Shown: positions 1 through 13,030, counted from the whole stretch's first letter. The stretch: DNA of 63,481 nt, filler included, from Octopus bimaculoides (GCF_001194135.2; 5 parts of 5 records of this genome joined end to end with filler, not necessarily neighbours in it), one strand, 5' to 3'. Made by a program: numbers and translations. The notes: a model not told the origin generated them from the sequence alone.

Positions 1-79
1 TCATAGAAAAATACTCCAATGTATAAGCATTGCTCTAAAGAGATTTCATTCGTTATCATTTAGAAGAAGAGAAACAGAG
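1..79. repeat. Near-identical inverted copy of 6552-6630
   Basis: 78 of 79 nt identical by eye to the reverse complement; similarity continues more weakly through the adjoining family-B SINE. Confidence 0.9.
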
Positions 80-1080
80 GAATGTAGGATGTATTGTTTT
101 CAAATTTCAGCTCAAGGCCAGCAACCTCAGAGAGGGGATAAGTTGTTTAAATCAAACCCCGTACTCAACTGGTACTTGTTGTATCCCCCCCCCCAAAAGG
201 ATGGAAGGTAAAGTAGACCTCGATGGAATTTGAATTCAAAATGTAAAAGCAGATGAAACATTTTGCCTGGCATGTTAATGGTTCTGCTAGCTTACCTTAA
301 CAAAAAGAAAAAAGAGAGTCGTATGACTTCTCGTGTGTAGAACACATTCGCAAAAAGGTGTGTGTGTGTGGGGGGGGAGGTTCCGATTACATATTCTCCA
401 TCTGGACCCGCAAACATTTTCTGATGATTCCAAAAGATAGAAAAAAAGTTATAAGGGGCTACATGGGGGTGTTTAAAGCAGTATTGCGCATTTATTCTAA
501 TAACATACTTTTGTTAGTTAATATGCTTTTTCTTAGACACACGACCTCGTTTAGTTCGGGTTCACAGTAATGTGAAACAAGGAAGGTGGTCGTGAGATGT
601 GCTACAAAGAACAGCCAAATCTCCCCTAAATCACACACCTTTCAGGACAGGGAGGGGAAACAAAAAAGTATAAATTTTNNNNNNNNNNNNNNNNNNNNNN
701 NNNNNNNNNNNNNNNNNNNNNNNNNNNNNNNNNNNNNNNNNNNNNNNNNNNNNNNNNNNNNNNNNNNNNNNNNNNNNNNNNNNNNNNNNNNNNNNNNNNN
801 NNNNNNNNNNNNNNNNNNNNNNNNNNNNNNNNNNNNNNNNNNNNNNNNNNNNNNNNNNNNNNNNNNNNNNNNNNNNNNNNNNNNNNNNNNNNNNNNNNNN
901 NNNNNNNNNNNNNNNNNNNNNNNNNNNNNNNNNNNNNNNNNNNNNNNNNNNNNNNNNNNNNNNNNNNNNNNNNNNNNNNNNNNNNNNNNNNNNNNNNNNN
1001 NNNNNNNNNNNNNNNNNNNNNNNNNNNNNNNNNNNNNNNNNNNNNNNNNNNNNNNNNNNNNNNNNNNNNNNNNNNNNNNN

Positions 1081-3800
1081 AGTGTCATGTATACCTTTTC
1101 AACTTTTACCTGTTTCAGTCAACAAACAAACGTCACAAGGAAATAAACACAGAAGAAAGAACAAATGTGGATCTTTGAAGATGTTTTCAATGAGGTTGGA
1201 GAAAGAGAATTGAAGAATTCCATACAGAAAACAACAACAAAGCAGAAAACAATAAAAACATACCATCACATATGTAATCAATATTGCTTTCCAATGATTC
1301 CAACATTTTTTCCAGTGACGTCTTCTTTGACGATGAAGAAGGTGACGAAGGAATATTAACAGCCATCTCAAATATTTGTAAATAAACGGAGAAAGGAAAA
1401 TTTAAATTTCCCGGCTGAACACGTGACTTATATCACTCACTGACTGTGTAAGTCAAAGTAGAATGTATATTCTTCGACACATTTGCGTATTCACATTTCG
1501 TATTAGTCACGGAATTGCTGATTTTAGGAGTACACAAGCTCGGGATTTTATTGTCAGATATTTCAAAAACTTTACTTTAGTTTTAGAAGACTTGTGGGTT
1601 TTGTTTGGGCATAAGATAAATTTTATTTGTAAATATAAAATTTTATGCTCGTGCATATATGCGTTGTGTATGTGTGATTGCATTTGTGTGCGCGTGTTAT
1701 GAGCCGTATTAGTTTGTTTAGGTAAAAACTAGCGCGTCAAACAAGCCAACGAAGCATCTCTACAACGACAGTCTACGTCTCAGATTAATGATTAACCTGA
1801 GGCTCAGGGGGCTTTTTAAATGGCATGTCTAAGGAAAATTTATCTTCAATTTAGTGACAGTGCTGCCTGCTTCTCGAAAAGGTTGTGTATGCCTGGTCTA
1901 CGACGTAGACTCTGCGTAGACGTTTAACTTGCTAGAAATAGCAGCCAAATTAAGGCAGCAAACTGGCAGAAATGTTAGCAAGCTGGGCGAAATGCTTAGC
2001 GGTATTTCGTCTGCCGTTACGTTGAGTTAAAATTCCGCTGAGGTCGACTTTGCCGTTCATCCTTTCGGGGTTGATAAATTAAGTACCAGTTACGCACTGA
2101 GGATCGATGTAATCGACTTAATCCTTGTTTGTCCCCTCGTGGGCAATAAAGAAATAAGAAATAGCAGCCAAATCGTTCCCAAATTACATTATATTGTCTC
2201 ACAGAAGGTCGCATTAAAGAATATGTTCTTCAGCGCATTGGCATAGGAAAAGAGACGGGACGGTCACTGCTGAAGAAGCTTTTATTTCAGATCTCCTCGA
2301 TCGGTACTAATTAGGAGTAAGAGCTTAGTTAATATGGAAAAAAATATACATTTTAAGTACATTTATTTTTTATATATTACAATTGCATATTGAATTAGTA
2401 ATTAATCATGTGTAGGTGGTACTGGACGTGACAGGCAGCGAAGGGCATACTTTCAGGCCTATTTGCCGTCTATGCCCAGACAAGAGCAGGACGACCGGAT
2501 TTCTTTAGGCGTCCGCAAACCTTTCTTGGAGCATCTGGCTCTTTAGTGCTAGTAGGAGGTTGGAACTGGATCTGTGACTGTGTGGGCTTATCAAACAGGA
2601 GAGGAGGGTGAAAAAGCTTCGCAAACCTGTTCGGACGATTTCAACAGTCTCACAAGGATCGACTAGATTTCTCTTATATGCCAGCGTAGTCCTGGTCAAA
2701 CCGCATCGGGTCATCCAGATCATATCTCTAGATATGATCTGTTGAGCCGCAAATAAGGATAGCGTAAGTTGTCCACAATTTAAAGTAGTATTTGTATTTT
2801 TTTCCCATGCAAACTAAGCCCTTACGGTAAACCGCTCTCACTCCTAATTAGTACCGATCGAATAGAACTGAAATAAAAGCTATTCGAGCTGTTACTGTCT
2901 CGTCTTTTTCCCTATGCCGATGCGCTGAAGAACATATTCTTTAACGGGACCTTTAATGAGACAGTATAATGTAATTTGTGAACGATTTGGCTGCTATTTC
3001 TAGCGAGTTGAACGACTACATAAAGCCTACATCTTAAGCGGGCCGCACTATTCACAAAATTGAAGGTGAATTTTCGTTAGACATGCCATTTAAAAAGTCC
3101 CGTGGGCCTCAGGTTACCCATGAGTCTAAGACATAGACTGTACATTGCAGAGAGATGCTTCGTTAGCTCGTTTGACGAGCTAGTTTTACCAAAACAAACT
3201 CCTATGGTTACACACGCGCGCACATATACACGACTATAAGTTTTTTATATTTACAAGTAAAATTTATCTTATACATAAACAAACCCACCGTACTTCTAAA
3301 AAATAAAATAAAATTTTTGAAGTATTTAACAATAAAATCCTACTCCTAACAACAGCAATTTCGAGGATAATACGAAATGTGAATACGCAAATGTGTCGAA
3401 GAATATACAACTACTTTGACCTACACAGTCAGTGAGTGATATAAGTCACGTGTTCAACCGGGAGATTTAAATTTTCCTTTCTCCCTTTATTTACAAATAT
3501 TTGAAATGGCTGTTGACATTACTTCGTCACCTTCTTCATCGTCAAAGAAGACGTCACTGGAAAAAATGTTGGATTCATTGGAAAGCAATATTGATTACAT
3601 TTGCGATGGTATGTTTTATTATTATTTCCTCCTATTTTTGTTGATGTCTTCTTTCTGTCTGGAACTCTTATATTCTCCCGCTTCAACTTCGTCAAACGTC
3701 AACGATTCACATTTGTTCTTTCTTCGCCGTTAAATTGTTTTTTCGAGGTTTGTTTGTTGGTTAAAACAAGTAAAATGTAAACAGGTATGCATGACACCCT
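1081..3800. repeat. Large imperfect inverted repeat: arms about 1081-2360 and 2780-3800
   Basis: Long colinear reverse-complement matches, e.g. ccagtgacgtcttctttgacgatgaagaaggtgacgaag (1312-1350) versus 3522-3560, and cgatcggtactaattaggagt (2299-2319) versus 2840-2860. Confidence 0.93.
2405..2780 (+). mobile_element. Tx1-like LINE endonuclease fragment, same family as 26768-27130
   Basis: Colinear nucleotide similarity, e.g. aaccgcatcgggtcatccagatcatatctctagata (about 2698) versus aaccgcatcgggtcgtccagatcgtatttagata (about 27057). Confidence 0.8.
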
Positions 3801-4084
3801 GTGACTTTATGTTGCCAAAAGGTATTTTTTCATTTTTGTGTTGTGTGTGTAGGTTGGCAGATCTTAAATGTTTCTCTTGTCTATATATATTTATTGAGAA
3901 ACATTTCTCGTGGCCCCAGCAGATAAAATGGAAAAGGTGTTGCCCTGTTTGTTTGTGTTTTATTGAGAATTCTTTTCCGTTTTATTTTAAACTATTTATT
4001 TCATATGAAAAGGAAGTGAAAGTTTCGAAACTAAAATCGTATTGTTGTGATATCGTATTCCCAGCTGGTTGTATTTTGATAATC

Positions 4085-4515
4085 ATGGCGGTAATCTGAC
4101 GCCCACCTAAGTTTGATTTTCTTCGTTTTGAACGGAATTTTTTCCATTTTTTTTCCACCATGGCCTTCAGAATGATTGTAGGCATGCTTTTATAAAAACA
4201 TTTTTGAAAATTTGTTTCTTTTTTACCGCCTCACCCCTATATCATTCCCTCCGGACTGGTTTTGGCTTTTTTTCATTTTTTTTTTTTTTGACACTTCGCT
4301 CATAAAAACCACAGGCAAAGTATTTTCGATTAAAGAAAAAAACAAAAAAATTGTAATATTTTCAGACAAAAGAGATTTTTAAAAATTGCTTTCCTTAAAA
4401 CAAAATGCTGTCCATTTCGAAGACCGTGGTGAAAAAAAAAATTGGAAAATTCCCCATCAAAACGGAGAAATTCCAACCTGTGCGGAGGTCCATATAAATC
4501 TCCGCCATCAGAATG
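4085..4515. repeat. Diverged inverted repeat (arms about 4085-4215 and 4365-4515), probably an old MITE
   Basis: Reverse complement of the left arm (...gaaggccatggtggaaaaaaaatggaaaaaattccgttcaaaacgaagaaaat) aligns with gaagaccgtggtgaaaaaaaaaattggaaaattccccatcaaaacggagaaatt. Confidence 0.65.
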
Positions 4516-7399
4516 ACTTAAATATAATTTCAGTGTTTTGTGATTTGTCAATTTTTCTTAAGAACAAGTTCTCAGATAGATATTGGTACACAATACCTAG
4601 TATTACTTCATTCCTTTTAAATCTAGTCCAAATTCCTGATATTGTGGACTTCTCGGACCCGTCTTCCCTGCCACTTGACAGAAACATAGTCTTCTGCTTA
4701 ACTGTGTCGTTTTCAGTTATTACGTTTCGTTGTCATTACGCCAGTGTGAGGTGGGTGAGACATGAGTCAACTAGGTGATGATCTAGCTTCAAGTCAGGAT
4801 GTAGGAGAGACACCAAGAAATCGTAGGCTGCAATTAGATGCCAAAGGTAGATGAAGAGAATTGAAGAACGATGAGATGTTCCTGCAAGGAATCTATATTC
4901 TGCCGTTGAAATTCAGGTTAATGGCAGGAAAAGAGGATAAAACTAAGAAGACATCTAAACTAGAGAATGATTAAGTGTAATAAGAAGGATATAGAAGATT
5001 TTCTTTTTATTCCTAATAATAGGATACATAGAGGGAACAAACAAGGACAGACAAAAACATATATGTGGTCTTCAACCTTTTACAAGTGATCTATCGAATG
5101 GGTAATTAATGGATGTGATAAGAAGAATATAGAAGACGCCAGTGGTATGATACATAGCATATTCAGTCGATTTGAGGTTGAGGGTCCTGACCTCTTACAT
5201 CTTTGTTCATGTGGTGTTTTGCTACTGGTTGCATGAAATGAGACTTGTTGGAATCAGAAGATGGTAACATTTAGTTTTACAGCCTTCTGTAAAGAAAAAT
5301 TGCTACAGGGAAATGATAATTTCTTTCAACCCTATCAAGCGCTAGAATCTTGCCACATTTGAAATGATGGAAAGGAAATACAATGATGTTAATGGCTGAT
5401 GGAAAACTGCTTCCAAGAGTTGTTTTCATTGCAGAGATTAACATTCATTCAGCACCTCACTGTGATTTATTGCCACCAATTTCTGTCACAGAAACAATGT
5501 GTCACTCATGCATTACCTAAGATCTGCAATGGAAAATAATAATCATTTCTACTATAAGTACAAAGCCAGAAATCCTGGTACCCGGCTGGTACATATTTCA
5601 TCAACCCCAAAAGGAAGAGAGGCAAAGTTGACTTTGGTGGACTTTGAACTCAGTGTAAGGCTGGACAAAATGCCATTAAGCATTTTCTCCAGCATGCTAA
5701 TGATTCTGCCACCTTGATGAAGGAATTGGTTCGTTGATGGAATGGTCATGTTACAACATTTACATGCTCTGCAGCTTCAGCTTTTTATCTTCTAGCAGAG
5801 TTATTTGACATTCAGGAAATAGAAACCAAATCTCTTATAAAGCATATACCCTTAAGATTGTGACATTGTAAATAGGTCTGCTTGATCAGGATTGCACTTA
5901 TTATCATTCTTAAAACCGGGTTCCAACCCAGGCTGCAGCAACCAAGTCCATCCTCTCTCACTTCTCAGTCCAACATCACAGCCTTGAGGTGCTGAATTCA
6001 TTCCAGGTCAGTGTCTGCAGCCAAGTTGTCTCTGTAAGCGTGATGATGTTCTCTTCTTCTTACATCACCTTGAAATGGGTTCCACGAGACTAATTTGGAT
6101 GCTTCCAGTTGAGGGTGGCACACACAGTGACCAGATAGTCACAGCCATCCTTGCCAGATCTTCTCACTAGCTTTTGGCAGGTCTCAATAAAGACTTCATA
6201 TAGTCTGAACATATCAGAGGAGACGCATACACATACACACGTGTGTGTATGTATAAACACATACATTCCTGATACAAGTTAAAACACTGCATTGGATTTG
6301 TAGTCAACACATTATACATTCCTTTACTGCAGTGAACTAGCACATTTGTTAGTATGCCAGGTAAAATTCTTAGTGGCATATTGTCCATATTTGTTCTAAG
6401 TTCAAATTCATTGAGATCTACTTTATCCTTCATCCTTTTGGGATGGATAAAACAAGTACTATTTCAGTGCTAGGATTGATGTAAACAACTTACCTTGTCC
6501 CTGAAGTTGCTGGCCTTGTGCTAAAATTTGAAACCAGTACATCATACATTTCTCTGTTTCTCTTCTTCTAAATGATAACAAATGAAATCTCTTTAGAGCA
6601 ATGCTTATACATTGGAGTATTTTTCTATGATATTCTGGTATCATCAGCTTTGTGTGTCAGTTAGCCTATGTGGGATTATCTACATGATTATTTAACTTAC
6701 TAGAAATAGTTTCTAAATTCCCTGTAGGTGACATCTTACCATCTCAGAAGAGAACACTTTGGATGATGTGGTCCTAAGTGTGCTCTATGAAGGAAATTCA
6801 TGGAAGGGTCATGGCTGGTTTGCCTGCCTTTTCTTTATAGCTTTGCTTAGTTAGGGCTGACCTGGGTTACACAACTATTATCAGTTTAGATTTTCTGTAT
6901 TTATACACGCATTTGCTGTACAGANNNNNNNNNNNNNNNNNNNNNNNNNNNNNNNNNNNNNNNNNNNNNNNNNNNNNNNNNNNNNNNNNNNNNNNNNNNN
7001 NNNNNNNNNNNNNNNNNNNNNNNNNNNNNNNNNNNNNNNNNNNNNNNNNNNNNNNNNNNNNNNNNNNNNNNNNNNNNNNNNNNNNNNNNNNNNNNNNNNN
7101 NNNNNNNNNNNNNNNNNNNNNNNNNNNNNNNNNNNNNNNNNNNNNNNNNNNNNNNNNNNNNNNNNNNNNNNNNNNNNNNNNNNNNNNNNNNNNNNNNNNN
7201 NNNNNNNNNNNNNNNNNNNNNNNNNNNNNNNNNNNNNNNNNNNNNNNNNNNNNNNNNNNNNNNNNNNNNNNNNNNNNNNNNNNNNNNNNNNNNNNNNNNN
7301 NNNNNNNNNNNNNNNNNNNNNNNNNNNNNNNNNNNNNAAAAAAATAAACTGACTGAAATCTAATATTACATCTGTGTGATTGTGTCCTTCTCTTTACAG

Positions 7400-7531
7400 A
7401 AAGTTCAGACAAGAAACCAAGAGGGAAGCTGAAAACCTGCCTTGTTAATGTAAAAGTCTGTGCACAAGCTGTAGGTTTATCACATGAACATATTCTAGGA
7501 CTGGTTAATGTTGCTGCAAGTCTACGATATG
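7400..7531 (+). CDS. CENPI: CENP-I (Mis6)-like exon: SSDKKPRGKLKTCLVNVKVCAQAVGLSHEHILGLVNVAASLRY(G)
   Basis: ccttctctttacag acceptor, g|gtgaga donor; open 132-nt phase 1-1 exon. GL..E.I..L.N.A.S..[FY]G resembles the CENP-I N-terminal segment (recalled human GLASEEIDILLNIALSGKFG). Single short exon, so the identity is tentative. Confidence 0.5.
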
Positions 7532-7855
7532 GTGAGACCTATTGATGCTCCCTTTTTTTTGTTTTTTCCTTTATTTTTCTCTGCAGGTTTAATGTTTCAT
7601 TCTTTAAGTACTGAAGGCTGGTCTCAAAATGCTGAGCCTTACAAAAGAGATGACAGAGGACCGAGTTCTGTTGCGCATTGATGTGCAAAATACCTTATTG
7701 TTGGATGGGATATTGTGTTTTCTTTTCCCTTTATGCAAACTCTAAAATTTAGCTCTAATATAATTTATACACACACACACACACAGTTTATTCTTGTTTC
7801 ATTTTAATTTTCTTTAATTTTTTTATTTTGCTTATAAGGAAGTCAAATCAGTTGT

Positions 7856-7955
7856 NNNNNNNNNNNNNNNNNNNNNNNNNNNNNNNNNNNNNNNNNNNNT
7901 TAATTAATTAANNNNNNNNNNNNNNNNNNNNNNNNNNNNNNNNNNNNNNNNNNNN
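7856..7955. other. Artificial scaffold spacer (44 N + TTAATTAATTAA + 44 N); identical spacers at 18292-18391, 23044-23143 and 38771-38870
   Basis: Exactly 100 bp each time; the 12-mer places stop codons in all six frames. Confidence 0.97.
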
Positions 7956-9018
7956 CACCCCTTTTAAAGAAAATATTCTCCTTATTGTTAAAAGGAGATA
8001 AAATTTTCTGACACATTTCTTTTTCATAAAAAGGAACCACTTCATTTTTTTTGTTAACCAAAATCTTCGGCAGTGGTGGTGGTGGTGGTGGTGGTGGTAG
8101 TGGTGCTGGTGGTGGGTATAGGATGCTGGCTTTTTTTTATCTATGTTCTTGTTTTTTTTTTGTTTTCGTTTTTTGTTGTTTTTTATTATATTTTGTTTAG
8201 TTTTCTTTCTGCTGTCTTTTTATTTCTCATTTTCTCCCCTCCTTTCTTTTTTTCTCTGTCTATTAAGTAAGTCGTGACTCTCTTCTATGTATATATTTTA
8301 ATGTAGAGTTCGCAGCATTGCAAATCCTTCTATTCATCTGGCCCTCTCTCTCTCTCTTTATATATATATATATACACACACATAGATTTATGCTAATATC
8401 AAACAGTGAGAATGTGCACAACACTATGTTGGTGCTTAAATATTCCTTATTTATAAGTTAACAAGACTACCATTGGTTTCATGCAGAGAGATTTCTTAGC
8501 AATTGTCAAGACTACCACATAGAATGTTGGTACTCATGTATATGTATATATATGCGTGTATATAAAAGAAGAAAAAGAGAATGGAGATTGGGAAGTTGGT
8601 AATTGTTTATTATTAAAAACAAATTCAGTCTACTATAATGAATCCATAGACACATATATAAAACATCCAAGGGTATATTTTTTCCTCTCTGAGGATATTA
8701 TGCTCAGGGCATATAAATTTAATATTCAATTCACTGAGTATTAATTGAAACAGCTGTAAGGGAGGATCATTGATTTGTTGTTAATAATAATCAATTACGA
8801 ACTTCCCAATCTCCATTTTCTTTTTCTTTTATATGAATATAAACTATATGTTTTTATATATATAACTATTATTTTAAGGAAATTAATTCCTCCTCCCCCC
8901 CCCCAAAAAAAATATTAGGTATTGAACCAATATTTCCTTGGATGATACCATCCCTTCATGAAGCTAATATAACCTTCAATTGAATTTACATATATATATA
9001 TATATATAATTTAATGTA

Positions 9019-9194
9019 CACTGTAATAAAATAAGACCTACTAATAGTTTCTTGCCATTAAGGCATGTAGCTAGGCAGATTTTTATATGTGCCCAGAGCC
9101 TGAAGAATGCTTGTAGACACAAGATACATTATAAAAATCTGACTATGCGTCTCAACTACAAGAAATTATTATTAGCTCTTATTTTATTACAGTG
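9019..9194. mobile_element. Small Tc1/mariner-type MITE
   Basis: TA-flanked TIRs cactgtaataaaataaga / tcttattttattacagtg, continuing imperfectly inward. Confidence 0.75.
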
Positions 9195-10336
9195 TACACT
9201 TTCATAAGAAGCATTGGCATTAAATAATTCTCTACAGATATGGATTTGTGGTACCCCGCCGCCACCTGAGCTGGTAAAGTATCTTAATGATGATGATAAT
9301 AATAATAATAATAATAGTAATAATAATAATCCTTTCTACTATAAGCAAAAGGCTTGGAATTTAGGGGAAGGGAACTAGTTGATTAAATCGACCCCAGTCC
9401 TCAATTGATACTTATTTCATCAACCCCAAAAGGATGAAAGGCAAAGTTGACCTTTGCAGAATTTGAACTCAGAACGTAATGACAGGCAGAATGCCACTAA
9501 GCATTTTGCCTGGCGTGCTAATGATTCCTCCACCTTGCTGCCTTACAACAACAACAACAATAATAATAATAATAATGATGATGATGATAATGTTATATAT
9601 ATGTATCTTTCATTTCTATCACTCTCTCACAATCTCTACCTTATCTCTCTACGATCTTTCTCATCATCTGTTACTCTATTTCTTTCTACTTGTTTCTCTC
9701 TCTTTCTCTCTCTCTCTCTCTTTCTCTTTATCCATTTCTGTTCTTCTGTGTCTGTTTTCACTCTTTCTACACTTATTTCCGTCATGCCCTTTCTCCCTCC
9801 CTCCCTCCCTCCCGCCTTCTATCCATTTCTTCATATCAAATTTCAATTAATCAAAATTACAAAAAAAAAAAAAAGAAACCAACAAACAAACAGAGCATAA
9901 ATCCTGCGCATCACTTTCCAATGCATCACCTCCTCATCCTTAACACAACCCCCACCCCCACACCATGTGGCCCTTTATCCAATACACGACACCCTCAACA
10001 ACTAAAGACCCATGCTGTCATCAATTAGATACGTAATGCTTCCGCGTCCCCATTAAAACCTTGTGGGAATACAAGGTACAAGGCGAATGTAATATAATAA
10101 ATTATGGAAATGGCGGAGATTTACCTCTCTCTACTAATGATATAAACAAGAGCACATTTGGCACCAAAAGCCAATACAAGACTTTCTCTCATGGTAACTA
10201 TCGCAGTATAAATTTTTCAAACAGAACATCCACATTTTAGTGACCATAAATATTACCTCTCAGTATTGATATCGTCCCTGTTGCTAATATATATTTTGAA
10301 ATAAAAATTATACAAAGTTTATCCCTGCAAAACTTA

Positions 10337-10556
10337 TTAATCCCCTAAGCATTCAGATTCCTCTGTCAAATGTAATGTTTATTTGCTTACCTTGTTTTGA
10401 ATTAATCCTGCATTATCTTGGAGCTTTGAGATTTCAAAGATGGAATTGTTATTTCTAGAATGACATTTTAGGGTAGGTCTGAGAGACCAAATCTGGTTGA
10501 TTTGAACATAAAATATTTGAGGCAGGGTATGGCCAGTTTAAATACTAAAGAGTTAA
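10337..10556. mobile_element. piggyBac-like MITE (TTAA-bounded); a reverse copy at about 14940-15515 is interrupted by a SINE
   Basis: Ends ttaatcccctaagcatt / atactaaagagttaa; internal sequence shared in reverse with 14940-15090 and 15475-15515. Confidence 0.55.
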
Positions 10557-10735
10557 CCATTTTGATACCAACCTGCCTGAAACTGCCCCAAGTTCTATGA
10601 CATAAACTTACTGTTTTAGTATGATGTAAATTATAATCTTCCATCAAAATTTTATGCTAAATTGTTCCAGATCCCTGTTTGATAATTAGAAAATTATTTT
10701 ATTTAATTCTTCATTATTTAAAAAAATTGATTATA

Positions 10736-11125
10736 GGTGCAGGAGTGGCTGTGTGGTAAATAGCTTGCTTACCAACCACATGGTTCTGGGTTCTCATCCC
10801 ACTGTGTGGCACCTTGGGCAAAGGTCTTCTGCTATAGCTTCAGGCCGAGCAAAGCTTTGTGAGTGGATTTGGTAGACAGAAACCTGAAAGAATCCTGTCA
10901 TATATATATGTGTATATGTTTGTGTGTCTGTGTTCGTCCCCCCACCATCACTTGACAACCAGTGTTGGTGTGTTTACATCCCTGTAATTTAGCAGTTCAG
11001 CAAAAGCGACTGATAGAATAAGTACTAGACTTACAAAGAATAAGTCCTGGGGTTGATTTGTTCAACTAAAATGTTGTGCTCCAGCATGGAAGCAGTCAAA
11101 TGACTGAAACAAATAAAAGAATAAA
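10736..11125 (+). mobile_element. tRNA-derived SINE (family A) with internal (TA)/(TG) microsatellite
   Basis: gcaggagtggctgtgtggt...gggttc...ccactg.gtggcaccttgggcaa...actgaaacaaataaaaga. Further copies: 15097-15470 (+); 19720-20095, 25486-25855, 35690-35920, 41195-41568, 53656-53978 and 63030-63481 (-); partials at 14100, 18420, 37230, 44960, 49340, 50810 and 54800. Confidence 0.9.
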
Positions 11126-11177
11126 AGAGTACATTAACAGAAACATGGTAAGAAAAGGGTTCAATTCTAGGCAGTGA

Positions 11178-11209
<32 letters not shown>

Positions 11210-11381
11210 CAATTAAACCTTGGGAGAGGCATTATGTTGGTAATAAACACATGCACTGGTTTAATTGTATTTCTTTCAACACACGTATCCACATCAAGAA
11301 TCTTGCACACAAAATACACATACAAAATAGTAATAATAATGATACCTTAGGAATGAGAACCCAGGTTTGAAATTTCCCCGA

Positions 11382-11427
11382 GACACCTGACGAAGGCTGG
11401 AGGGTATATCAGCCGAAACGTTGTGTT
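11382..11427 (+). ncRNA. Minimal type I hammerhead-ribozyme-like motif (family 1, best copy)
   Basis: Stem I GACAC/GUGUU; core CUGACGA plus an extra A; stem II GGCUG/CAGCC; GAAA; palindromic AACGUU stem III. Predicted cut after 11422 (GUU, a weak triplet). Confidence 0.6.
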
Positions 11428-12504
11428 AGCAACAAACAAGATGAGGACAAATATCCGTCAAATGTAAATAATGTAAATAAAGACGTATTGTGTCTGTAAG
11501 TATAGAGGGTAGTCTTTTGATTCCAAATCCAAAATTGACTAAGATTTTGTTCTTAGAAACAGAATTGCTTCAAACAGGTCCTCCTTCGTAGAAGACTATG
11601 ACCCATTAGCAGTTAAACCAGCTCTATCCGACTTAAATATCCGACCTGTTTTCTGTTCAAACTACCCAGATACTATCTTTCACATCCGGCCTATGATGTC
11701 ACCCATAAATATGCAACTACACAATCGATATCTCAGTTACAAGATAATGCACGATTAATTTAAGACAAAGTGAATGAGTAAGCATTACATTTGACGCTAA
11801 ACAGTTAAATTTGATTTGAATAATTCCAGAGGAAGAAACTATCAAATTAACATTTGTAAAATTGGAAATTTCAACACATTATATTACAGTTTAGTGAAAG
11901 TGTGTGGTCGAATGGTTTGTAGTGTTTCTCAACCAGGGTCCATACGACCTTTGATAGGGTCCATATAAGATTTTGTTGGTGAAAATTTATCTGCAATAAA
12001 TCAGTTATATTTTTACAATACACCAGATATTGTAAAACAATTTATTTATATATAGTTCCTAATAATATTTAATTATAAACACACAGTAAGATTATATGTA
12101 TACACACACACACACATATACAAACATATACACACTTATATATGCAGCAAATGGCTATATGGAGTAGAATAAAATAGGAATTAAAGGGGCCCAAAGGCAA
12201 AAAAAAAATGGTTGAGTACCATTGAGTTAGAGTATTAGGTTTACAATCATACAGCCATGAGTTCAATTCCTGAGCTGGACAGCACATTGAGTCATTGAGC
12301 AAGGCACTTAATTCCATGATGCTGCAGTTTACTCAGATGAAATTGAGTATCAGCTATTTACTGATGCAGCTTTCTCTCCCTCTATTTGTCACATAGTCAA
12401 ACTGCCACCTGGTCAGAGAAAACCTGTGAGGGTACCAATGTTTGTTCACAACTAACTACACAGGCTCTTAAGAACAATTAGCGGGAGCATACTAAAATGG
12501 CAAG

Positions 12505-13030
12505 CTGGCAGAAACATTAGCACACTGGACAAAATGCTTAGCAGTATTTCAGGCCTTGTGCCTATAGTAGTAGAGAGGATTATTATTATTATCATTATTA
12601 TTATTATTTAAGGTGGTGAACTGGCAGACTCGTTAGCACACCAAGCAAAATGTTTAGCGATATTTCACCTGTCTTTAAATTTTGAGTTCAAAAATCCACC
12701 GAGGTCGACTTTGCCTTACATCCTTTCGGGGTCAATAAATTAAGTACCAGTTGCGTACTGGGGTCGATGTAATCGACTTAATCCGTTTGTCCTTGTTTGT
12801 CCCCTCTGTGCTTAGCCCCTTGTGGGCAATAAAGAAATAAGAAACGTTAGCACACCGGGCGAAATGCTTAACGGTATTTCGTTTGTCCTTATGTTCTGAG
12901 TTCAAATTCCACCAAGATCAACTTTGCCATTCATCCTTTCGGAGTCGATAAATTAAGTATCAGTTACGTATTGGGGTGGATCTAATTGACTGGCCCCCTC
13001 CCCCAAAATTTCGGGCCTTGTGCCTAGAAT
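12505..13030 (+). mobile_element. Three tandem copies or fragments of SINE-like family B
   Basis: Repeated gctggcagaaacgttagcac...gaggtcgactttgcc.tcatcctttcggggtcgataaattaagtaccagt. Other copies at 1955-2165 and 6330-6520 (+), and 110-295, 5500-5700 and 9340-9535 (-). Confidence 0.85.

Noticed and set aside
1276-1385. Acidic peptide SILLSNDSNIFSSDVFFDDEEGDE...CK* conserved in both inverted-repeat arms
   Set aside because: Preceded by an in-frame stop in both arms, with no ATG or splice acceptor; conservation is explained by the duplication itself.
7900-7911. TTAATTAATTAA as a biological motif
   Set aside because: Always centred in exactly 44+44 N; an assembly linker.
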